DNA of 52,690 nt from a virus. Lineage: Duplodnaviria; Caudoviricetes. The stretch covers positions 1 to 52,690 of the IMG/VR virus record IMGVR_UViG_3300031237_000006; one strand, 5' to 3'. The position numbers and the translations under genes are program-made. Within the stretch, counting starts at the first letter, position 1; every line of letters begins with the position of its first letter. The notes beneath the pieces were generated by a model, which saw only the letters and a program-made list of their open reading frames with translations, was not told the DNA's origin and did no database searches. Positions 46,064-52,690 of the stretch are shown here, piece after piece.

Positions 46064-46335
46064 ACGAGAAAGACATTCGGATGATGTTTCATTCGGCAGA
46101 TATGGCTATCGAGGATTTGTTGGACTATGCCCAGGAAGCAGGTGCTGAGGTTGCCACGGCGCGCTATCACATGAAGGAATCGCGCGCCGTGCGGCTATCT
46201 CAAGCATTTCGGGCCGCGACGAAAGACCCTAAGCTTCTCACAGCCTTCGCAGACGGGTACAAATCAACTTATCAGGATCTTGAGAACGCTGAGGTAGTCA
46301 AGGCTGAGATTCAAGTAGAGGAGCCGGAGCGATGA
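46060..46335 (+). CDS. Early hypothetical protein
   Basis: GGAGG RBS; ATGA coupling. Confidence 0.65.
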   Translation: MNEKDIRMMFHSADMAIEDLLDYAQEAGAEVATARYHMKESRAVRLSQAFRAATKDPKLLTAFADGYKSTYQDLENAEVVKAEIQVEEPER

Positions 46336-46634
46336 GCGCATCGCATACGCCGGGGCCGTGGAGAGTAGAGACGACGCTGACTGACTCGCGCTTGTTCGTC
46401 TATGGCGTCGAGGAGGGGTCATTGATTGCCACAGTCCACGGACCAGCCCTCGGCGTAACGAATAACGAGCCTAACGCCCGCCTCATTGCCGCCGCGCCCG
46501 CGCTGCTTGAGGCGTTGAAGCATATCGCCAAGGTTGATCTGCGTGGCTCCGATGATCTTGAGCATTTGGTGACGCTTGCTAGAGGGATGCAAATTGTGGC
46601 TCGCAAGGCTATCCAGCAGGCAACCAATGTTTAG
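46332..46634 (+). CDS. Conserved phage early protein (HTPGPW...NARLIAAAP family)
   Basis: HTPGPW and NARLIAAAP.LLEALK motifs. Confidence 0.85.
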   Translation: MSASHTPGPWRVETTLTDSRLFVYGVEEGSLIATVHGPALGVTNNEPNARLIAAAPALLEALKHIAKVDLRGSDDLEHLVTLARGMQIVARKAIQQATNV

Positions 46635-46732
46635 GTTCCATTGGTGCGTACTCGAACGGCATGCGGAATGCCCGGCCATTTGGTCAGCAATGACGCCGGG
46701 AGGACTTCAGTGGATTTGTCAATGCGAATGTC

Positions 46733-47068
46733 ATGACACGACCCGCGCCGCCATCGCGCAAGCTCGTGGAGAGGATCGAGGACGGTAGTCCCATGCCTAG
46801 GCGCATCAGTCTCCGCTGTAACCCCGCCAGCGGTCATCACGATCCCATCGACTGCGTGTGCCCGGCGAAGTGCCAAGAATGCGGGGCGCCAGAGCTGTCG
46901 CTGTGTACGTGTCCGCGCTGTATCGTCTGCCGTCGTCTCGTCAAAGATAACGAAGCGCTCTGTCCTGAGTGTACGCAGGCAGAGGCGGAGTATTGGGCAG
47001 GGGATGATCTGAGCAAGCGGGCGTCCTATCTCAGCGAGTCAAGGCCGCAAAGCGGCCCAGGAGAATGA
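46733..47068 (+). CDS. Cys-rich zinc-finger protein
   Basis: Multiple CxxC; true start may be 46793. Confidence 0.55.
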   Translation: MTRPAPPSRKLVERIEDGSPMPRRISLRCNPASGHHDPIDCVCPAKCQECGAPELSLCTCPRCIVCRRLVKDNEALCPECTQAEAEYWAGDDLSKRASYLSESRPQSGPGE

Positions 47069-47069
47069 C

Positions 47070-47270
47070 ATGATCTCTACTTATGACCGATTGATGCAAC
47101 GTGGCTTCGCCACACACGACGCGCGGGTCACCCGCAACCGGGAATCGACGTATGACCACCGTGACCCGTATGACCTGATCCGACAGCTCCAGGCCGAGGT
47201 AGAGGCGCTACGGAGCCACGTTCAGCAGATGCGGCAGGCGATGAAGCAGACCGCACGGGGGATGGAATGA
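47070..47270 (+). CDS. Early hypothetical protein
   Basis: AGGAG RBS; coiled coil. Confidence 0.6.
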   Translation: MISTYDRLMQRGFATHDARVTRNRESTYDHRDPYDLIRQLQAEVEALRSHVQQMRQAMKQTARGME

Positions 47271-47452
47271 GCTTCAAGCAAATACACCACGATGGAGGAG
47301 TGTGCGTCGTGTGTCCGCTACACTACGCCGCGCCAAGGATGCTGGCGTGGATCAAATCACGTCTCTGCCATAATGAGCAGTGCGAAACGTGTCATAGTGG
47401 CCGCGCCATTCTACGCGACGTAGAGAGTGAAAATCAAGGAGGAACAACGTGA
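47267..47452 (+). CDS. Early hypothetical protein
   Basis: CPLH.AAP.ML motif; ATGA coupling. Confidence 0.6.
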   Translation: MSFKQIHHDGGVCVVCPLHYAAPRMLAWIKSRLCHNEQCETCHSGRAILRDVESENQGGTT

Positions 47453-47664
47453 GCACACAAATCAAGGTACGCGATTTGCGAGATCAAATCGGCATGGAAA
47501 CGCAGCGTGAGGTGTTGTATTGCCCTAACTGTCTAGCTGAATACAGCGCCAATGCCGGTGATTATTGGAATTGGGAACCTGGCGCTGTGTTCAGGCATTG
47601 TCGCCGCAACATGCGCCTCGGGGTAAAGGTTACGTCATATCGTGAGCTGGAGCCACAGTCATGA
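47449..47664 (+). CDS. Zinc-ribbon early protein
   Basis: LYCPNC.AEYSA..GDYW...HC...M.L. Confidence 0.7.
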   Translation: MSTQIKVRDLRDQIGMETQREVLYCPNCLAEYSANAGDYWNWEPGAVFRHCRRNMRLGVKVTSYRELEPQS

Positions 47665-47858
47665 GCGCACGAATCAAATACCCAACAGTCGTAATTGATC
47701 TCGCCCAGTACGCATATGAACACTTGGGTTTTAGTCGCGCTCAATGCGTGGCACTCAAACGAGTAGCGTCTAGGATCGTAGCCTCACCGAAATGGAGTAA
47801 GGATGCTCACTGTTGTGCTCCGGGTGAGGGCTGCAACTGGCAGGCGGGAGGAAAATAA
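47661..47858 (+). CDS. Early hypothetical protein
   Basis: ATGA coupling; GGAG RBS. Confidence 0.55.
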   Translation: MSARIKYPTVVIDLAQYAYEHLGFSRAQCVALKRVASRIVASPKWSKDAHCCAPGEGCNWQAGGK

Positions 47859-48280
47859 CAATGACTAAGCATAAAGATACTATCGAAAACTGTCAGTGGG
47901 AGCGAGACCTGTACCTTACTGCATTGCTTGAAATTGCAGACCCATTTTCACATCCTTTAGCTAAACCAGAATCAACACTTGTAGCTTTACGTGAAATAGC
48001 CCGTAAAGCCCTAATCCAGGCTAGCGGTGTTTAACGATATGAGTCCGACAAGAGGGGAGGTTAACGGAGGTCTACAGTGGGCAACATATGAAGATCAAGA
48101 AAAACACGTAGACATTCAACTCGCTATGTCTTGTTGGTACCGTCCTGGGAAAGAAACTCACCTTGTAAGGTGCCTGTGTCATGGACGATGGATGGTATTG
48201 CATCATCGGCATGATGTGCTTCCGTTATGTCAGTGGCGTCTCTGCTGTGGACACTATCCAAAAGGCCAGGAGAAACCAGA

Positions 48281-48475
48281 ATGACAAAAAGGCGTCATCT
48301 CGTCCCTATCGTTCAGATCATGCCAATGCGTGAAACCGATTTCCATTTTCTCATGCTTCACGAAGATGGGAGTCTCAGCGGAGGCATTGTAGATAGTTAT
48401 CACTCCGTCCGGCTTTTCCCGCTAGGGATACTTGATCCTAAACGTCGGGATCATCATCCCGCAGATCCGCTATGA
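48281..48475 (+). CDS. Early hypothetical protein
   Basis: AGGAG RBS before ATG at 48281. Confidence 0.5.
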   Translation: MTKRRHLVPIVQIMPMRETDFHFLMLHEDGSLSGGIVDSYHSVRLFPLGILDPKRRDHHPADPL

Positions 48476-48726
48476 GCGCCATCAAAGACGCTCAGGCCCA
48501 CTTCGAGCTGGCGTGGGCCCAGATGTTCAAGGTCTACCGGCCCCTGTTGAATGCGGAGGACAACACAGCCCTCGTGCATCGGGTCTCGGTGATGAAGGGA
48601 CTGGCCTGGAACCTCTACCTCCAGGGGAGAACGGATGAGATGGCTCGGCAGCTTATGGCGTCTAGGGCAAGTGCTTTAGCACGTAGCCGATTCAACGTAG
48701 CTGCGCTACGCAAGGAGCACACATGA
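48472..48726 (+). CDS. Early hypothetical protein
   Basis: ATGA coupling. Confidence 0.6.
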   Translation: MSAIKDAQAHFELAWAQMFKVYRPLLNAEDNTALVHRVSVMKGLAWNLYLQGRTDEMARQLMASRASALARSRFNVAALRKEHT

Positions 48727-48892
48727 TATGTCTTGGCTGTGGTCACGATATAGCGCCGGATGAGCCACGGGTAGAACGCAAGCCGTGGGACGGCAGTACA
48801 TGGCATTTCAAAACAGAATGCATGCAGTGGATGATGCATACAGCAGCTCGTGAAGAAAACGAGGCTTTAAAAGCCAATCTAATGGAAATGCT

Positions 48893-49057
48893 ATGAGACC
48901 TGGCGCTATAAGACTTCTCATAAGTCTCTTAATACTATCGCTTGCCATTACAGGTTACTACTTCATCGCACTTGTATCTTGGAAGTTGGCAATAGGGGTA
49001 TTTCTACTCTTATTTGCACGTAGCTTAGCAAAACGGATACCGCGTTCTTGGAGGTGA
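48893..49057 (+). CDS. Small two-TM membrane protein (54 aa, AT-rich)
   Basis: MRPGAIRLLISLLILSLAITGYYFIALVSWKLAIGVFLLLFARSLAKRIPRSWR. Confidence 0.55.
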   Translation: MRPGAIRLLISLLILSLAITGYYFIALVSWKLAIGVFLLLFARSLAKRIPRSWR

Positions 49058-49060
49058 AAT

Positions 49061-49552
49061 ATGACCACCAAATGCTGCTACTGCGCCGGCCGGGGCTGGA
49101 GCTGGGTCGGGATCGCGTCGAACGCCGTCAGAGAGCCCTGCTATCCGTGTGACGGGCAGGGGAGGCTTCCGGTCAACTGGCATGGCGTGACCGGATTCGT
49201 CCTCGTGCTCTTTAGCGCGATGTTGATTCTTGGTGTGCTCACCTGGGGGGTGCGTGCAGCATATGGGCACAATCCGCTCCGTGGCGATGCCACGTTATAT
49301 GGCTACTACCTAGGGTATGTGTGGCTTGTGGGTCCGTTCACTGACATGAAGTCATGTCAGGATACGAGGCAGTTTCAGTTGAGGCATGGGATCAAGGATG
49401 TTTCTGAGTGCGATATTATCCTTGACGACCATGATACGCTAGAACGCAGCATTACACCTCTAGCGTACATTGCCACGGAAGGAGGCAGCGATGACTGCGC
49501 GACGCAGCAAAGAGAAGGCAGGGGTGACAGCAATAAGTCCTCCGATCATTGA
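49061..49552 (+). CDS. Membrane protein with N-terminal DnaJ-type zinc finger
   Basis: CxxCxGxG twice, then a TM helix; GGAGG RBS. Confidence 0.65.
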   Translation: MTTKCCYCAGRGWSWVGIASNAVREPCYPCDGQGRLPVNWHGVTGFVLVLFSAMLILGVLTWGVRAAYGHNPLRGDATLYGYYLGYVWLVGPFTDMKSCQDTRQFQLRHGIKDVSECDIILDDHDTLERSITPLAYIATEGGSDDCATQQREGRGDSNKSSDH

Positions 49553-49793
49553 AAACGTCGAAGTGGAACGGCCATTGCAATCACGGGGGCACTGGCAGGT
49601 TGATGATGATGTCAAGTTGATCATGGAAACAGCAGAAAGCGGGAAAGCTAGGCGGATCGTCATGAGCGAAGCGGATCTTCTGCGAAAGATTCATATGCAT
49701 ATCCGGCATGCAGGACGGGTCAAGGGATACAAGCTCCGGTACAAGAAGCTTGACGACCGGACGCTCATCACGTGGATGGAGCGGCTGAAGTAA
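49491..49793 (+). CDS. Hypothetical basic protein, possibly DNA-binding
   Basis: AAGGAGG RBS; basic C-terminal domain. Confidence 0.65.
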   Translation: MTARRSKEKAGVTAISPPIIENVEVERPLQSRGHWQVDDDVKLIMETAESGKARRIVMSEADLLRKIHMHIRHAGRVKGYKLRYKKLDDRTLITWMERLK

Positions 49794-50072
49794 TCATGCA
49801 TGCGGACTCGTAGGCGGGATCTTTAGCCGACGATGGACAGCTCTGAGACGGCGAGGCGGGTACAGGTCTCTAAGGCTAGCAGGCTTAGTCTGCTCGGCCA
49901 GATCGAGGACCAGCTTCGCCTGGACCAAGTGCAACCCGATCATGCGGATGACCTCCTCTCCGGTCAGGGTGACGCTGGGCGTCAGCGCCCCGTCCAGGTA
50001 GACAGGGAATCGGTCCTCCGGGTGGAGGAATCGGCTCATCCGCGAGTCACAGGGCTCGTGTTTGATCTCCAT
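49794..50072 (-). CDS. Hypothetical protein (isolated leftward ORF in the early arm)
   Basis: GC3-rich codons on the - strand; converges on the stop at 49793. Confidence 0.5.
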   Translation of the reverse strand: MEIKHEPCDSRMSRFLHPEDRFPVYLDGALTPSVTLTGEEVIRMIGLHLVQAKLVLDLAEQTKPASLRDLYPPRRLRAVHRRLKIPPTSPHA

Positions 50073-50315
50073 GGGCCAGTCCCTATGCAAGACTGGAACC
50101 TACAAAAGAGTACGTATGCCAATTCTGCATATGTCTCCCATCCAATCATGTCCGATAAGAGGCAGATCGTCAGGTTGATGACTACCTGTAGTGTCAAGAT
50201 GTTTCATACCCCTTCAGGATGTGGCAAGGCAGTATCCAGCAGTACCCTGTCTCTTGGCATCCTTGGTGTATACGCTGTGTACCGGCCTACCCAGTCACTG
50301 AAAGGATCTGCCACT

Positions 50316-50531
50316 ATGCCCCACTCTGCTCACCACTCCGACGCGGAGATCCAAGCATGGGTCCTAGAGTTCAGGACGGGCGTCTTTCGATCTCTGACGC
50401 TCTACCGGAGGCTCGCGTTAGCCGGACCGATTACTCAGGAAGACGATCTGATAGGTCTTGTCGATCTGTGTAATCTGATCGAAGAGGTGATGCAGGATGT
50501 GGAGTTTCTTCCAGACATGCCTACTAGCTAA
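50316..50531 (+). CDS. Hypothetical protein
   Basis: AAAGGA RBS before ATG at 50316. Confidence 0.5.
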   Translation: MPHSAHHSDAEIQAWVLEFRTGVFRSLTLYRRLALAGPITQEDDLIGLVDLCNLIEEVMQDVEFLPDMPTS

Positions 50532-50534
50532 TAC

Positions 50535-50857
50535 GTCTATGTGCCAGTCAAAACAAACAGAAAGACAAGAAACACCCCTGGAAATGCCTCTTGGCGCTAT
50601 ATAGCGTTATAGCGCCATATCGCCATAACGCGGTATATACGTATGCCTTTTATATAAACACCTTACGTATAGACCGTAGAATGGATACTACTAGGTAATG
50701 AGTAATGTATAGGATCTTAGATCCTATGGTAATGAGGTATCCTACATTACCTCATTACCTACATATGTACATATACTGCATTACTGCATATACCATGCCA
50801 CGCACTGGTAGCTTTTAGAGAAATGAGGGCTTGTGAAATGAATCACGTGAATATCTG
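50535..50857. other. AT-rich non-coding region with nested inverted repeats (origin candidate)
   Basis: TGGCGCTATA/TATAGCGCCA; GTAATG/CATTAC repeats; ATAGGATC/GATCCTAT. Confidence 0.55.
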
Positions 50858-51319
50858 ATGAGACATTACGTCAGAGCAACCAGTATGATCTCACGGGCAC
50901 CGAAGGTAACTGATATTACGCGCTGTGTCATCTGCGGGGCGAAGTTCCCGCCTCCGATCCGGTTGAGTGGCCGCCCGAGGCAGTATTGCTCCGACGCCTG
51001 CCGCCGGGCAATGGCCCGGAAAGCGGACCAGGAGTACCGGGACCGGCGGAAACGGGGGGAGTTGGCACCGCCGTCGGAGCGGGTAGAGATCATTCGAGAA
51101 CCCCAGCGTCCCGTGATGTCAGTCGCATGGTGGTCGGAACAGGCGAATAAGATTGACGAAATCTGTAAAGCCTGTCATGGCCCGGTGTTCGGGGTCTACG
51201 TTGCCCCGACGAAAGAAACTGTTGGAGAATGCGCGGTTGTCGCGCATTGCCGGATCTGCGGCCGGGAGTGGATGATCATTTCCGGCCGAATGGGGGTGCC
51301 GTATGGCCAAGAAGTTTAG
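50858..51319 (+). CDS. Zinc-finger protein
   Basis: CxxCG...GRPRQYCSDACR; second CxxC...CxxC. Confidence 0.7.
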   Translation: MRHYVRATSMISRAPKVTDITRCVICGAKFPPPIRLSGRPRQYCSDACRRAMARKADQEYRDRRKRGELAPPSERVEIIREPQRPVMSVAWWSEQANKIDEICKACHGPVFGVYVAPTKETVGECAVVAHCRICGREWMIISGRMGVPYGQEV

Positions 51320-51629
51320 GACGATCCTTCACGGGACATGCCTGTTGAAAGGCAAGCACCCTCCGGGATCGAAGCTTGCCAAGGAGTGCCCGGTTCTACG
51401 CCTCCAGGAGTGTAAAAATGTCCTCGAAACCGGGGGGTCGCTATCTCCCTACGTACCCCCCTCAGAGTCACTAGAAAAAGATCAGCAAAAACAGGATATT
51501 GCAGGTATAGTTTCGAGGACTCCTCGGGGCGGGAGACCACGGATACACGAAACGGACCAAGATCGGTGGCGGGAAGCGAAGAGACGGAAGCGGCAGTCAT
51601 GGCCCATGGAGCCCCGCGATGACGAGTGA
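51303..51629 (+). CDS. Basic protein with GRPR (AT-hook-like) motif
   Basis: RGGRPRIHETDQDRWREAKRRKR. Confidence 0.6.
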   Translation: MAKKFRTILHGTCLLKGKHPPGSKLAKECPVLRLQECKNVLETGGSLSPYVPPSESLEKDQQKQDIAGIVSRTPRGGRPRIHETDQDRWREAKRRKRQSWPMEPRDDE

Positions 51630-51641
51630 GGGGGAGGGGCG

Positions 51642-52163
51642 ATGAGCATGCACACGCTGACAATGCCGTTTGAGATCGGGGCTACGTACTGGCTCCCGAG
51701 CACTTCGCCGAGGTGCGAAGTGGAGCCGTGTCCGGTGTGTTCAGGTTCCAAGCACGTCACCGTGCTGGCGGGGTCCGAGACGTTCGTCGTGGACTGCGAC
51801 GCCTGCGGGCTCGGCTACAAGGGGCCGCAGGGAACAGTGAGCGTGTACCACTACGATCCACATGCGGAGCCCTTCACCATCGCGGGCGTGGTGCGGATGG
51901 ATGACGACGGGTGGACGGTCAAGAGCACAGACCTCAAGCAGGCTCGCTTCAACACGCTATGCACGACTGAGGAGGCGGCTCTTGACGTGTCCAAGGCCGC
52001 GTATCTTGCCCAAGAGGAGCACAACATGCGCCAGCGGGGGCACCGTCGCAAGGGCGTGAGCAAGGCGACGTGGACCGTGCGGTATCACACCGAGGCTATC
52101 AAGAAGCTAGAGCGAGAGTTAGCCTACCACCGGGGCAAGATTGGAAAGGGGCAAGCATCATGA
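51642..52163 (+). CDS. Zinc-finger hypothetical protein
   Basis: F.IG..YW, CPVC.G, CDAC; GGAGG RBS. Confidence 0.7.
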   Translation: MSMHTLTMPFEIGATYWLPSTSPRCEVEPCPVCSGSKHVTVLAGSETFVVDCDACGLGYKGPQGTVSVYHYDPHAEPFTIAGVVRMDDDGWTVKSTDLKQARFNTLCTTEEAALDVSKAAYLAQEEHNMRQRGHRRKGVSKATWTVRYHTEAIKKLERELAYHRGKIGKGQAS

Positions 52164-52450
52164 CCCCCGACCCGGCGCGGGCCGAGGTGGAGCGGGTGGC
52201 GGTGCGAAGCCACTTGCGGGCCACACTACTATCTGTGTGGCGCAAGCATGGAGTCAAGCAGGCGTCGCTCGCGTTGGACGTTGAGAACGCCATCCTCATC
52301 TGGCACGAGGATGTCCTCCTCACCCGCGAGCGCGCTGCCCGGCGTCTGGCGTTGGAGGAGGCGGCGCAGATCATGGACAAGTACGCGAGCGGGAACCATG
52401 ACGATATAGCGCGCGCCGCCGCTATCCGCGCCCGCGCGAAGGAGGCGTGA
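52160..52450 (+). CDS. Hypothetical phage protein
   Basis: ALEEAAQI...AAAIRA motif; ATGA coupling. Confidence 0.65.
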   Translation: MTPDPARAEVERVAVRSHLRATLLSVWRKHGVKQASLALDVENAILIWHEDVLLTRERAARRLALEEAAQIMDKYASGNHDDIARAAAIRARAKEA

Positions 52451-52453
52451 GAG

Positions 52454-52630
52454 ATGGATAAAGACGTACAGGCGTTGATCAAGGCGTGCCACTGGATTGA
52501 ACGCTCGACGAGCGAGCGCATGAAGCGCGCCACCGCCGAGTTCATCTACGACAAGTACGTCCGCAATCCGAGCATGAAGAGCACGATCCGCTGGCATCGT
52601 GAAGGGCCTCACGGTGGTCCCCCACGATGA
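52454..52630 (+). CDS. Hypothetical protein (58 aa) running into the terminal repeat
   Basis: AAGGAGG RBS; stop overlaps the ATG of the Cys-rich gene. Confidence 0.6.
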   Translation: MDKDVQALIKACHWIERSTSERMKRATAEFIYDKYVRNPSMKSTIRWHREGPHGGPPR

Positions 52631-52690
52631 CTGACACCCCAGCGGGCGAGCGTTGTAAGTGCCGTGGTCACAAGTGTCAACGACCTGCGA
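52543..52690. repeat. Terminal direct repeat, copy 2
   Basis: Matches 1-148 with one mismatch. Confidence 0.95.

Noticed and set aside
48893-49057. AT-rich stretch beginning TGGCGCTATA as a regulatory element matching 50592
   Set aside because: It reads cleanly as a 54-aa membrane-protein ORF, so the 10-bp match may be chance.
49833-50531. 232-aa + strand ORF
   Set aside because: Better explained as the shadow of a - strand gene, an intergenic stretch and a short gene starting at 50316.
50690-50785. CRISPR array or mini-array
   Set aside because: The repeats are short, inverted and irregularly spaced, with no unique spacers. The Cas4-like gene is a typical phage exonuclease.
1-52690. Genome-wide stop-codon reassignment
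   Set aside because: Core genes are intact in code 11, and TGA and TAG act as coupled stops throughout.

Overview
The window is an apparently complete, circularly assembled ~52.5 kb tailed-phage genome with podovirus-like gene order. Its ends share a 148-bp overlap with 1 mismatch. The + strand arm (45845 round the join to 11642) carries many small early genes, an SSB-like protein, a PD-(D/E)XK nuclease, a primase-polymerase/helicase, endonuclease VII, an HNH, a metallophosphoesterase, an NDT-like protein, a 2OG-Fe(II) oxygenase and two glycosyltransferase-like genes. The - strand arm (45518 to 11619) carries TerS, TerL, portal, scaffold, major capsid, beta-helix/LamG fibre-like proteins, adaptor, nozzle, ejection proteins and lysis genes. 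I see no integrase, repressor or DNA polymerase. The most notable signals are: (1) a probable phage selenoprotein (in-frame TGA in CDYTGWG-U-QD followed by a SECIS-like hairpin) that the ORF track truncates; (2) a ~150-nt tRNA-like ncRNA with its own promoter, antisense between holin and endolysin; (3) a phage glycan-modification set including an O-antigen-ligase-like gene inside the virion operon; (4) sigma54-type promoters in the control regions. All functional calls come from motif recognition by eye, not from database searches.
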